A stretch of DNA of 29,528 bases from a virus (taxonomy: Duplodnaviria > Caudoviricetes), in the IMG/VR virus record IMGVR_UViG_3300023283_000064, positions 1 to 29,528 of that record; one strand, 5' to 3'. The notes beneath the pieces are model-generated. The model was not told the origin of the DNA. It did no database searches and saw nothing but the letters and a program-made list of their open reading frames with translations. A program made the position numbers and the translations under genes. Positions 7,671 to 17,117 of this stretch are shown here, piece after piece (the first letter of the stretch is position 1; every line of letters starts with the position of its first letter).

Positions 7671-8595
7671 CTCTACCACCGATCGCCGGCAGGAGGGCGT
7701 TGATCGCCTGGCCGCGGCTGGCCTGTCGATTCGCCAAGCGGCGTTGTTGCCGGAGACAGCCGATGATGATCGCCGTGTGATTCGCGCGACGATCGCAACT
7801 GAGCAGATGGTGCAGGTTTTCGATCTCGAGCGATTCGAAGTGATCGACGAAATCCTACTCATGGAAAACCCTGGTCCAACTATCCCGCGACAGATGCCAT
7901 TCATTCAGGACCATATGAGTTTCGCTGGCACCGATGCTCAGATCGGTAGCGTGCGCGACATGACCGTGGAGGAGGGGGAGGGCGGAACCGTTGTCGTCGC
8001 TGGAGACTTGCACTTTGTTTCTGGTCCTGAAGGATCGATCGAGGAGCGGGCTTGGCGACTAGCACGTGGTGGCCATGCGCCCAGCGTATCAATTGGCTAT
8101 CGGCCGACTATTTTTCGGACTGCTGAGCCTGGGCAGTCGGTTGAGGTGAACGGCCGCAAGTTTGAAGCTGGAGACCGATTGCTTCGCGTAGCGTCTGGGT
8201 GGGTGCCACGCGAAACCTCGCATGTTTTATTTGGAGCTGATGACATGGCTCAAATGAGAAGCGCTGAATCAGTGATACGTAAACTGACACGGTGTCAATC
8301 ATGCGAACAGAGATCAATTAGAGGTGAAGCCGGCGGCGGTATGCTTGCCGGCGCTATTGATGCAATGGCAGAAGAAGAAGGGTTGACCGTCGAGGAAGTC
8401 GAGGAGGGCCTCGGTGAGGCGATGACAGAAGGCGGAGACGGTGGGATTTCGTCTTCTACTGTCGGACAAATCAAGAACGGAGAAATCAATTGCCCGCCCC
8501 GCGAGCGTATCGAGGGAGCGGCTGCGTTTTTGGGTATCCCGGTAGGGGAGTTAATTGCCGCGTTCGAAAACGACGGCTGCGATTTCGGAGACTGA
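7651..8595 (+). CDS. Prohead maturation protease (HK97-like) with C-terminal XRE-like HTH
   Basis: GGAGGAG RBS before GTG 7651; FIQDH, SVSIGY and ETSHVLFGAD protease motifs; C-terminal ISSSTVGQIKNGEINCPPRERIEGAAAFLGIPVGEL. Confidence 0.8.
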   Translation: MPHSVADSTTDRRQEGVDRLAAAGLSIRQAALLPETADDDRRVIRATIATEQMVQVFDLERFEVIDEILLMENPGPTIPRQMPFIQDHMSFAGTDAQIGSVRDMTVEEGEGGTVVVAGDLHFVSGPEGSIEERAWRLARGGHAPSVSIGYRPTIFRTAEPGQSVEVNGRKFEAGDRLLRVASGWVPRETSHVLFGADDMAQMRSAESVIRKLTRCQSCEQRSIRGEAGGGMLAGAIDAMAEEEGLTVEEVEEGLGEAMTEGGDGGISSSTVGQIKNGEINCPPRERIEGAAAFLGIPVGELIAAFENDGCDFGD

Positions 8596-8641
8596 CTACA
8601 CTATTTTTTTCGGCCACGGGCCACAACACGAGGAAAAAGCC

Positions 8642-10294
8642 ATGAATGATGCACTCAGGAAGTTTCTTGTCAGCAACGGTATGCTCGCGGAAGGCGCCAC
8701 CACACGCCAGGCGTGGCTGGCATACGGCCAGGCTGTTGGCCGCAAAGATCTGCGCGAAGAAGCGATTACTCTTCGCGGTGATGGCACCGCGCCGAAGGAG
8801 GACGAGTCGCAGGACAACGAGCCCACGCAGCGTTCCGAGACGGCGCAGTCGTCTACCACCACCACCGAGACGCCGGATCAGGTCCGCGCCGCCGAAAGGC
8901 AGCGGATTGCCCAGATTCGGGCACTTGCGCCTGAGGGTGTCAGTGATCAGGTCGTGCAGGATGCGATTGATAGCAGCCTGAGTCCCGAGGAAGCGGCGCG
9001 GTCGTTCCTGGAGGCTGCGGCGCCGGCCAACAGCCCGATCGCCTCCGGCCAGGCTCCTGGCGCGTACATTCCGGGGAGCGAGCGATCAATCGAGGCGCTC
9101 GCCACGGGATTCGCGATTCGAGCGGGCGCCGATCCGATTCGGGCGGCGAGCCACTTTTTCTGTCGTCGGCATTCTGTCGTCGGCTCATCTAGCCGCCGGC
9201 CGATCGACGGGCAGCAAGAACGGAATGCCGAATGTGAACGCCTCGCCCATCGTGGCGAGGAATATGCCGACATGTCGTTGATCGACGTTTGCCGCGAGGC
9301 TCTCATGCTCTCCGGCCGGCCTGTTCCGGGTTCCAGCCGTTCGGACCTCGTCCGCGCGGCAGTGTCCACCGGGTCGCTTTCGAATATTATGAGCCCGGCC
9401 CTTAACGCTCGTCTGATGGCGTCTTTTGAAGGTGCGCCTGATACGACCGGTCCGTTCACCCGGGAGGTAGATGGCACCGACTTCCGCAAGCGCGAGCGAC
9501 ACGACCTAGGAAAAATGGCCAATCCTCAGAAGAGACTTCGTGGTGGGACCGCGAAGGCTGGAACGATTAGTGATCGGGCGCCCGAAGAGTACCGGGTTTT
9601 CGAATACGCTCAGACTGACCGGATCGACCGTCAGGATATCATTGACGATCGCCTGGATGTATTCCAGGACTGGCCCGATGCCATGGGCGACGCTTTCGCG
9701 CAGCTCCGGCCGGACCTCGTTTATTTCATCCTGCTCAAGAATGCGAATATGGCTGACGGAAATCCTTTGTTTGACAATACCACTCACGGCAACAGCGCTA
9801 GTTCGGCGCTCGGTCACAGCGCCTTGTCTAACGTGATCTCGAAGTTAATTAAGCAGCAGCAGGACGGCCGCACACTCAACATCCAGCCGGCCAACCTCAT
9901 TACCGGCGCGAAACTCGCCGACTTGGCTGCTGAGTTGGTCGGTAGTCCGCAGATCACGATTACCGGCTCCACAGACGACGTCCGCGGTATTCGTAACACG
10001 CTGACTCGGCACGGAATCAGCCCGATTGCAGACGGTCGGATCGACAACGGCGTCACTGATCCGGACACGGGTGAGACTGTTAGCGGCTCGACAACTGCTT
10101 GGTTTCTGACTGGTTCTCCAGCTCGTGTGCCGATCATCGAGGTCGGTTATGTCGCCGGCCTCGGTCGTATGCCCGAGATGGTATCTCGCACGCTCAATGG
10201 CGAGGGTGGGGCGTACGGCGTCGAATGGAGCATGAGTCACGCTGTTGGTGCTAAGGCCCTGCATTGGCTCGGCGTGCAGCGCGGGAATTCCTGA
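8642..10294 (+). CDS. Major capsid protein (HK97 fold, Mu gpT-like) with N-terminal scaffold-like region
   Basis: GAGGA RBS, ATG 8642; AAERQRIAQIRAL scaffold-like segment; DF...IDRQDIIDD.L, MADGNPLF...HGN, LNIQP..LI and AWFL motifs. Confidence 0.88.
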   Translation: MNDALRKFLVSNGMLAEGATTRQAWLAYGQAVGRKDLREEAITLRGDGTAPKEDESQDNEPTQRSETAQSSTTTTETPDQVRAAERQRIAQIRALAPEGVSDQVVQDAIDSSLSPEEAARSFLEAAAPANSPIASGQAPGAYIPGSERSIEALATGFAIRAGADPIRAASHFFCRRHSVVGSSSRRPIDGQQERNAECERLAHRGEEYADMSLIDVCREALMLSGRPVPGSSRSDLVRAAVSTGSLSNIMSPALNARLMASFEGAPDTTGPFTREVDGTDFRKRERHDLGKMANPQKRLRGGTAKAGTISDRAPEEYRVFEYAQTDRIDRQDIIDDRLDVFQDWPDAMGDAFAQLRPDLVYFILLKNANMADGNPLFDNTTHGNSASSALGHSALSNVISKLIKQQQDGRTLNIQPANLITGAKLADLAAELVGSPQITITGSTDDVRGIRNTLTRHGISPIADGRIDNGVTDPDTGETVSGSTTAWFLTGSPARVPIIEVGYVAGLGRMPEMVSRTLNGEGGAYGVEWSMSHAVGAKALHWLGVQRGNS

Positions 10295-10343
10295 GTTGCT
10301 TAGGTAAGTTTCATCATTAAGTTCATCAAGATAGGAGACAGTC

Positions 10344-11147
10344 ATGGCAGATCTCGAAGCAAGAGCGGACCAGAGCCCGCACGACACCGTTAAGGAGACC
10401 GCAAGCACGACCATCCGTGCTGGGGAAGTGCTCCTCGCCAGCGATGGCCGTGGTGGATACTACCCTGGGGCCATTGACGTTGATAGCGGCCAAGATCACG
10501 TGCTCCAGGTGGACAATGTAGTTGCCATCGTCGATAAAGACGCTAACGCCATTTCCGCAGGAGAGGACGTCTACTGGGACGCGAGCGCGTCGCAGGCAGT
10601 GGCTCCAGACAACGCTGGAAGCCCCGGCCTCGACGCTAGCGCCGACTTTTACCTTGGCGTGTCTACCGATGACGCTGTTGCCGGCGATGACACCGTCAAG
10701 GTTGCTCTTGATCGGCCGAGTCGATACGAACGACTCCGCCCGCTGCCCATCGAATTTGACGCTGAGGACGGTGAGGATGAGGCGGGGGGCGTCAAGAATG
10801 AGCACCAGCTCATCCCGGCGCATCAGAACCCCCACGGCCTGTTAATCCTTGGGATTTATGGCATCGTGACAGAGCAGTTCGCCGGCGCCTCCGAGGACCA
10901 GGGCGTTGTCAGCGTGCGTGACGAGTCGGACAACACGCTCGCTACGCTCACCGCGAGCGATGCGGGAGCCGACGCGGTCGGTGATGTGATCGTCGGAACG
11001 AATTTGGTACTCGGTGGTGCGACCGGTGACGCCGTGAAGACCGTTGCGGCGGGCGAATTCGTGGACGCGCAGGTCACGCAGGAAACGTCTGGTTCGGGTA
11101 AGGCTGGGAAAATGCGCGTGTATATCTTGGCCGTTCCGTTGCGATGA
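10344..11147 (+). CDS. Capsid cement/decoration protein (DUF2190-like N-domain plus extra C-domain)
   Basis: AGGAG RBS; AISAGEDVYWD and YLGV...AVAGDDTVKVAL motifs; directly follows the capsid gene. Confidence 0.7.
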   Translation: MADLEARADQSPHDTVKETASTTIRAGEVLLASDGRGGYYPGAIDVDSGQDHVLQVDNVVAIVDKDANAISAGEDVYWDASASQAVAPDNAGSPGLDASADFYLGVSTDDAVAGDDTVKVALDRPSRYERLRPLPIEFDAEDGEDEAGGVKNEHQLIPAHQNPHGLLILGIYGIVTEQFAGASEDQGVVSVRDESDNTLATLTASDAGADAVGDVIVGTNLVLGGATGDAVKTVAAGEFVDAQVTQETSGSGKAGKMRVYILAVPLR

Positions 11148-11458
11148 CCGACGACGGGTCGAAGCTAATTGATCTCATACGAGAGCACGGGCCAGACAAA
11201 GGGATTGCTTTGGGTGACACGACAACAATCACAACGAAAAAGCTGGTCGGCTCTGGCGTGATCGTCGCGTTGTTCACGGCGGTTCTGCACGCTGGAATCG
11301 TGATTCAGGTGGTGCGCCAAGGCCATGAGACGGATCTAGATCAGGAGCGCCGTATTCGAGTTCTCGAGAAGGTGGTAAACACCGACGTCGCCGAAATGCG
11401 CACTGACATCAGATGGTTGCGAGAATATCTCGAGCGCCAGGAAGCGAGTACGCCATGA
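11144..11458 (+). CDS. Membrane protein with C-terminal coiled coil (holin- or spanin-like candidate)
   Basis: Hydrophobic segment VGSGVIVALFTAVLHAGIVIQVV followed by heptad-like RIRVLEKVV...MRTDIRWLREYL. Confidence 0.6.
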   Translation: MTDDGSKLIDLIREHGPDKGIALGDTTTITTKKLVGSGVIVALFTAVLHAGIVIQVVRQGHETDLDQERRIRVLEKVVNTDVAEMRTDIRWLREYLERQEASTP

Positions 11459-11865
11459 GCAGCGCGGCCAACCGATCGCGGGAATTCGAATCCGATGAAG
11501 TGACAGTCGGTACGAGCTTCGCCACGATTCACACGTCTCAGGAACGGCCTCACGATGAGGGTGACACCCAAGTGGGACTGGAGCTCGAAAACTCGGGCGC
11601 TACTGCCACCGACGGATTCAAAATTCAGATCAAATACCACGAAAGCGGCGCGTGGCACGACTACCTTGCAGATACCGATTTTGACAGCACGAGCCTCGCT
11701 CACATCATGTGGGCCGCGAGCGAAACGGGGCCGCACGAGCTCGGGGCCGGGGACGCCGCCTTTGCTTGGGTGAACCTCGGGCCGGTGTTTCGTTGGCGCG
11801 CCCAAGCGAAGGTCGCATCAGGCAGCACGACCGCCGTGTTACGCGGCGTGGAAAGGAGTGTCTAA
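11455..11865 (+). CDS. Hypothetical virion protein, beta-rich
   Basis: ATG 11455 overlaps the upstream stop; alternating beta-strand pattern; structural gene context. Confidence 0.65.
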   Translation: MSSAANRSREFESDEVTVGTSFATIHTSQERPHDEGDTQVGLELENSGATATDGFKIQIKYHESGAWHDYLADTDFDSTSLAHIMWAASETGPHELGAGDAAFAWVNLGPVFRWRAQAKVASGSTTAVLRGVERSV

Positions 11866-13672
11866 TGGTAGTGCACGCGCAGTCCGGAGGGTCCGCGGCG
11901 GAGGGTCCCTCGACCATAAAATTACCAGCCAAGCTGGTGCCCCGACCGTCAACGACGACGCGGACGCTGGATTCTCGGTGGGCGATGTCATCATCGACAC
12001 CAGCGCCAGCCCGAACGAGGCTTACGTCTGCACTGACACCACGAACGGCGCGGCCGTGTGGGAGCAGACGACGCTCGACGGGGAAGTTCTGACGGTCGCG
12101 AATAACCTGAGCGACCTGGGCAATGCGGCGACCGCTCGCGGCAACCTCGGTTTCAGCGACCCCATTCTGGACAAGGGCGCGCCCGGAGAGATCGGGGGCA
12201 CCACGCCCCCGCAGGCTACTTTCTCCGCGCTGGCGATGACCGGCAACATCCTCCTGAATGCTGACGACTCGCCGAACTCCGCGTTCATCGCCGCGGCGAC
12301 CCAGACCGGGGGGCCCTCCACGCTGACTGTGCTGGATCAGGGCGGAACCGACCGGAATTTTCTGACCAGCGCAGTCGTCACGTCGGCCGAGGCCGTCCTC
12401 GACGAGGATAACTTGTCCAGCAACTCGGCGACGCATCTCGCCACGCAGCAGAGCATTAAGGCGTACGTGGATTCTCAGTCGGGCGGCGGCACGAGCATCG
12501 AGTCCGCCGACACGCATAGCAGCGTCAAGACCGAGGAAGTAGCGGGCAGCGTCACCGTCAATGCCGAGAACAACGCGGGTAACGGGACGGTGCGGGTGGC
12601 GGAGTTCGCGGCGGATGAGAGTGATAATCCGCAGCTAGTATTGCAATCAGGTTCTAGCGGCGAACCGTCCCTAGCCTTCACCGGTAACTTGAATTCCGGC
12701 TTAAGAGATAATACATTTGGGTCTCTCGCGGTGGATGTTGACGGGACATCGAGACTTCTTATATCCTCGTTTCGGACAGAGCTATTTATTGATTTAGATA
12801 TGGGAGGGAAGTATATCGACAAATGCGATGGAATCTCTGTCGGAAACGTGTTTGTTCCTACGCCCCAAGAATCGACATTAACATTTCGACCAAGGGTCTC
12901 TAACTCTAACCCCAGCCAAAAAAATAATTCGGTACATTTCTATTCCCGTGATGTGTCGTCCTCTGCCGAGGCTTTCGTCATGGACGAGGCGGCCAACACC
13001 ACCCAACTCTCCCCCCACCCCGGCGACAGCTCAGTCATGTCTCGACACGCGAGCGACCCGGCCGTCCCGTGGGCCTACGACTCCACGCAGCAGGTGATCG
13101 GCACGAGGCAAACCGTGGACATGCTCGGCGTCGTGCGGGGTATCGAGTGGGCGGTCGAGAAGCTGCGGGAAGCGGGCGAAAGGATGCCCGACGAGCTGGC
13201 GGCCGCGTTCGATGCGGGCCTGATCCTGATTCAGCAGATCGCCGCCGAAGAAAAGATGGACTGGGCCGCCGAGGAAGCCCGGAAGAAGCAGGAGGTCGAG
13301 GCCGGACGCGCCGAGGCGGAGCGAGAGCGGCGGGAGAAAGAAGCCGAGCAGCTCGACCCGATCGAAGTCTCCCCATCCGAAGCCCTTGAGGACACGACCG
13401 AGAAGCGACGCCGCAAGACCGGCCGCCAGGTGCAGGCCAGTCGCCACAAACTCCAGGCCGACGGCAAGGTCGAGCAGGTGACCGAGCAGGTAGACGAAGT
13501 GGTGGTCGATGAAGTCGCGGTGAAGAAGCCGAAGAAGGGCGTCCGGTTCGACGAAAAAACCGGCAAGTTCTATCGCCGGGCGACCGCTGACGACGTGCCC
13601 GAGCAGCCAATCGAGGAATACGCGCTGAAGCCCGTGCCGGACTGGCTCCAGGCGCAGGGGGTGCGGCAGTGA
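11858..13672 (+). CDS. Fibre-like virion protein
   Basis: Fibre-type segments APTVNDD..GFSVG...YVCTD...AAVW, ANNLSDL.NAATARGNLG and VLDEDNL.SNSATHLATQQSIKAYVD; charged coiled-coil C-terminus. Confidence 0.72.
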   Translation: MSNGSARAVRRVRGGGSLDHKITSQAGAPTVNDDADAGFSVGDVIIDTSASPNEAYVCTDTTNGAAVWEQTTLDGEVLTVANNLSDLGNAATARGNLGFSDPILDKGAPGEIGGTTPPQATFSALAMTGNILLNADDSPNSAFIAAATQTGGPSTLTVLDQGGTDRNFLTSAVVTSAEAVLDEDNLSSNSATHLATQQSIKAYVDSQSGGGTSIESADTHSSVKTEEVAGSVTVNAENNAGNGTVRVAEFAADESDNPQLVLQSGSSGEPSLAFTGNLNSGLRDNTFGSLAVDVDGTSRLLISSFRTELFIDLDMGGKYIDKCDGISVGNVFVPTPQESTLTFRPRVSNSNPSQKNNSVHFYSRDVSSSAEAFVMDEAANTTQLSPHPGDSSVMSRHASDPAVPWAYDSTQQVIGTRQTVDMLGVVRGIEWAVEKLREAGERMPDELAAAFDAGLILIQQIAAEEKMDWAAEEARKKQEVEAGRAEAERERREKEAEQLDPIEVSPSEALEDTTEKRRRKTGRQVQASRHKLQADGKVEQVTEQVDEVVVDEVAVKKPKKGVRFDEKTGKFYRRATADDVPEQPIEEYALKPVPDWLQAQGVRQ

Positions 13673-13742
13673 GATCGCTGACCGCTCAGCTTGGCGCGGC
13701 GCGTGACGAGCTACAGGCCGAGCGTGGACAGAGAGCAACCTA

Positions 13743-14126
13743 ATGACGACTCCTCTCGGCGATATGGCAGCGGCGTTGGCGCCGTCAATCTATGCGCTGC
13801 ACGGTGAGGCGCTGACCTACCACATAGGCGCGACTGGTGAATCTCTCATGGTGCAGACAGCGCCTATTGCTTCGCCACCCGAAGAGCGCCCGACGTCTGA
13901 CGCCGGACGTGGCCAAGCATCGGTGGGCAGCCACCCGGTAGAGATCTGGATTTCATCCGACGACGTGAGCCGACCGGTTGCCAACGCAGACTCGATCGAT
14001 ATTCCCGGTGCCTGGGTCGGCAAGCCGGGGACCACGACCGTGAATCGACGTATTGATCAGATTGTCAGTGACCGGGCAGTTGGAGGATTTTGGCGTGTGC
14101 GCGTAAGCGCGGGAAGGAACGGATGA
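13743..14126 (+). CDS. Head-closure / head-tail joining protein (gpFII-like position)
   Basis: 127-aa beta-rich ORF at the start of the neck block; assignment by synteny. Confidence 0.55.
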   Translation: MTTPLGDMAAALAPSIYALHGEALTYHIGATGESLMVQTAPIASPPEERPTSDAGRGQASVGSHPVEIWISSDDVSRPVANADSIDIPGAWVGKPGTTTVNRRIDQIVSDRAVGGFWRVRVSAGRNG

Positions 14127-14791
14127 GTAGTCTCGCCACGAGTTCATTTGATGGTATCGAATTAGGCGGCAGACGGCGCGGTTCTGGGCTCGGCCTCTCA
14201 ATTAATATCGAACTCGATCGCGTGCAGCAGCGCCGACTTGAAGTTTTGCTCGCCGGGATTAGTCGTGGAATGCCCCGCGCTCGGAGTGCAGCGATTCGGA
14301 GAACTGCTACATTCGCACGCGGTGGGTCTGCCCGCGCGATTAATAAAGAGCTGAATGTCCCGCTGAAGCCGATTCGCGACCAGATCACCAAGGCTGCTAC
14401 CGGCGCGGTAGTTACGATTGGCGATCGGCGACTTTCTCTCGCCAGATTTGGCGCTCGTCAAGGCAAGACCGCGCTCAGTTATCAGATTCGCCGTGGCGGA
14501 CCACGACGCAGAATTAAGCGAGCATGGATTGCAGACCCAAGGGCTGGTGGGCGGCCGCTTGGCCCTGGCGCCACTGGCGGCAACGCGACGAGGTCAAACG
14601 TGGTATTTGGCCGAGCTAAGGGTGACGGGCGCCTGCCCTTCTTCGCGGTACGAGGACCATCACCAGCCGAGGTCGCGCAGTCTTCAAGCCGTGTACAGCG
14701 ATTCATTAGACAGGAGGTCACCGAGCGTCTTGAGCGTGAGCTGTTACGCCAGGTAGACCGTCTGACAGGCAGCCGAAGGGCGGTGGCGTGA
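14123..14791 (+). CDS. Tail completion protein, lambda gpZ-like
   Basis: Very basic; AAIRRTA..AR, LSLARFGARQ and RLP...RGPS motifs typical of Minor_tail_Z-like proteins. Confidence 0.7.
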   Translation: MSSLATSSFDGIELGGRRRGSGLGLSINIELDRVQQRRLEVLLAGISRGMPRARSAAIRRTATFARGGSARAINKELNVPLKPIRDQITKAATGAVVTIGDRRLSLARFGARQGKTALSYQIRRGGPRRRIKRAWIADPRAGGRPLGPGATGGNATRSNVVFGRAKGDGRLPFFAVRGPSPAEVAQSSSRVQRFIRQEVTERLERELLRQVDRLTGSRRAVA

Positions 14792-15300
14792 TGGCTGCTA
14801 TCACGCTACGAGAGCGAATCATGCGTGAGACCAAGCGCCGCCTGGAATCTGTCAATCCAGCGTACGCGTCGGTGGAACGGTGGGACAGCCGAACGCTCAG
14901 TGACGCGCATCGGTCGGTCGTGCTCTACCCGGGACGCGAGACTGTCAGAGAAGATTCGATTAACGCTGGCGGAGAAGATGAGGTAGAGTTTCTCCTGCAT
15001 CCGACTATTATGATCGCGCAGGACGAAGGCGACGCGGAGACAACCGACGAGATTGTGGCAGCTGAAATCGGTCGAATGGTCGCAGCCCTGTGTGACACAT
15101 CTGATCGTACGTGGACCGAGCCGGCCGGCGTGGGAAACCAGGAGGAACTGATACTCTCCTGTGCATATGATGGCGCAGAGGAGCCGGTTCAAACTCCTGA
15201 TTCGAACGCTTATGAACTCGAAGTCAGATTTCGGATAACCTACTACCAATTGACCGGTGACGCTACGCAAGGCGGGCCGGCCACAACCTTGACCGAATAA
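14791..15300 (+). CDS. Tail terminator, gpU-like
   Basis: Acidic ~170-aa protein between the gpZ-like gene and the tail tube; LRERIM start and FRITYY end. Confidence 0.55.
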   Translation: MAAITLRERIMRETKRRLESVNPAYASVERWDSRTLSDAHRSVVLYPGRETVREDSINAGGEDEVEFLLHPTIMIAQDEGDAETTDEIVAAEIGRMVAALCDTSDRTWTEPAGVGNQEELILSCAYDGAEEPVQTPDSNAYELEVRFRITYYQLTGDATQGGPATTLTE

Positions 15301-15311
15301 GGAGTATTGCC

Positions 15312-16268
15312 ATGGGAGCCCCCATCGGAAGCCGAGAAAAAGCACTGGGACTAAATCTCGAGACCACGAACGGCACGTTCGCCGCTCCAGCGGCGCCGCT
15401 CAATGCTGTGATCCTCGAGGCGGACGGTGGCCCAAGCGAACTGCTCCCCGAGCAGGTGACGCCTGCCCTTAATCTTACTGGCACGCGTCCGCGAGTGGTC
15501 GGAATGGAAATGGCCACGCTTTCATTTCGGTGGGCGATCGCTTCCGCTGACGACTTCCTAAGCGTTTTGCTGCCAGCCCTCGGGTATTTGAGCGACGGTG
15601 GGGCGCCGGCTACGTTCGAGCCCATGGCTGACACCAGCGCGATCAAGACATTGAGCGCCAAACTATGGGAGGGGGGGAAAGTCAAGCAATTCACCGGCAT
15701 GGCACCGACAAGTTTCTCTTTGTCTCCGGAACGGCCCGGTGGCCGGGTGATCGCCGACGTTGAGCTCGCAGGAGTCTGGAATGGTAACGTGGATGAGGCT
15801 ACGCCGAGCGCCACACACTCGTCGCGCAATTTCTATCAGGCTAAGGGTGTGACGCTGAACGTCGGTGGCGCCTGGGCAGGCGGCAAGGTGTCGAATTTCG
15901 ATTTGAATTTCAATCCGGCAGCCGAAAGTCGTGAGGATATCGTTGCCGCTTCTGGCATCTTGAGCGATATCATCACCGACCGCCTTCCTCAACTCACGAT
16001 TGATCCGGAGAAAACTCTTGTGGCGACCGCCGATGAGCTTGGATTGTTGTTGGCGGGTACGACCGCGAGTGGGTCATTAGCGCTTTCTGATCAAGCCGGC
16101 AGCGCGACTACGCTGACAATTTCGTTCGGCGAACTTCAACGGATCAGCGCTGAACCTGGCGTCCGCGGCCAAAAGCAGATCGAGACTCTCACGTTTGAAT
16201 GTCACCAGTCCACCAATGCTGACGGCAACAGCGGCGTTGGAGATGACGTGACTTTCAACGAAGCCTAA
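15312..16268 (+). CDS. Major tail tube protein
   Basis: AAGGAG RBS; 318 aa, Ala/Gly/Thr/Ser-rich, N-terminal ETT.GT motif; position upstream of chaperones and tape measure. Confidence 0.78.
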   Translation: MGAPIGSREKALGLNLETTNGTFAAPAAPLNAVILEADGGPSELLPEQVTPALNLTGTRPRVVGMEMATLSFRWAIASADDFLSVLLPALGYLSDGGAPATFEPMADTSAIKTLSAKLWEGGKVKQFTGMAPTSFSLSPERPGGRVIADVELAGVWNGNVDEATPSATHSSRNFYQAKGVTLNVGGAWAGGKVSNFDLNFNPAAESREDIVAASGILSDIITDRLPQLTIDPEKTLVATADELGLLLAGTTASGSLALSDQAGSATTLTISFGELQRISAEPGVRGQKQIETLTFECHQSTNADGNSGVGDDVTFNEA

Positions 16269-16290
16269 TGTATTCATATTGGAGAATAGT

Positions 16291-16515
16291 ATGGCTGAAC
16301 CCACGAACGCTGAAATTTACGAGGCCGTAGATCGCCGCACCGGCGGGCCAGTGAGTCTCCGTCACGCGCTCAATACCTGGGAGCATCTGTCCGAAGAGCA
16401 GCGCAAGGAGTGGTTGCGGGACGTGTCTGGAGAACCCGCGACCATGGAGGACATGAGCCAGGTGATCAGCCAGGCCGACGACGTGAACGAAAATATCCAG
16501 GAGGATAACCAGTGA
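16291..16515 (+). CDS. Small hypothetical protein
   Basis: GGAG RBS, ATG 16291; GTGA coupling to the next gene. Confidence 0.65.
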   Translation: MAEPTNAEIYEAVDRRTGGPVSLRHALNTWEHLSEEQRKEWLRDVSGEPATMEDMSQVISQADDVNENIQEDNQ

Positions 16516-17117
16516 TTGACCCGGACCCCACCAGATGCATTTCTCTGGTCCTCTCGCAAGACCTTGATTTGCCGGAAAATCAACGGCGAGAATTTCGATT
16601 TCTAACCCCCACTGCGCGCATTTCGCCGAAGATACAGCGTCTTTGCCTCGAGGCAGAAAAGGCGGACTCGGAGGGAGATAGGGCAGAGCGCCTCAAGCTT
16701 TACGAGCAGGCGGTTGAAATGCTTCAGGATCAGTTAGCGCCGGAGTGGTGGCTCGTGATTGATGAAAAGGACCAGTCTCGCGAGCGAGAAGATTTGCCCG
16801 ATTTACTCCAGGAAATGGACGTCTGGGAAATGCTCTATCAGCTTCGCGATTTGCCCAACTTGACGCTTGGAGAAAAAAAAAGATCCGCATTGCGGTCGAG
16901 CGCCAATTCGGCATCTTCTGTTCAGAGTGCTCCAACCGATGCAGAGACCGCCCGACCGAGAGTTACGGAATCGAAATCGTATGCGTCGAGTGCGACGGAG
17001 ACGGAAAGCGCGAATGCGGGAGCTGCGGAGGCCGAGAGGCCGACACCTGCATCGCCTGCGGAGGGCGCGGAGAAGTCGAGTGCATCACATGCGATGGGAT
17101 CGGGCGGCATCGCTTGA
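16512..17117 (+). CDS. Tail assembly chaperone, gpG-like (zero-frame product)
   Basis: GGAGG RBS; lies between tail tube and tape measure; contains the A9 run at 16873-16881, after which the zero frame becomes low-complexity Ser/Ala. Confidence 0.75.
   Translation: MIDPDPTRCISLVLSQDLDLPENQRREFRFLTPTARISPKIQRLCLEAEKADSEGDRAERLKLYEQAVEMLQDQLAPEWWLVIDEKDQSREREDLPDLLQEMDVWEMLYQLRDLPNLTLGEKKRSALRSSANSASSVQSAPTDAETARPRVTESKSYASSATETESANAGAAEAERPTPASPAEGAEKSSASHAMGSGGIA
16874..16880 (+). other. Programmed -1 ribosomal frameshift slippery site A AAA AAA
   Basis: GGA GAA AAA AAA AGA in the gpG frame gives an X XXY YYZ heptamer; the -1 frame is open from 16880 to stop 17338 and includes ORF 17114..17338. 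Confidence 0.85.

Noticed and set aside
12620-12960. Diversity-generating retroelement variable region
   Set aside because: No reverse transcriptase and no template repeat found in the window
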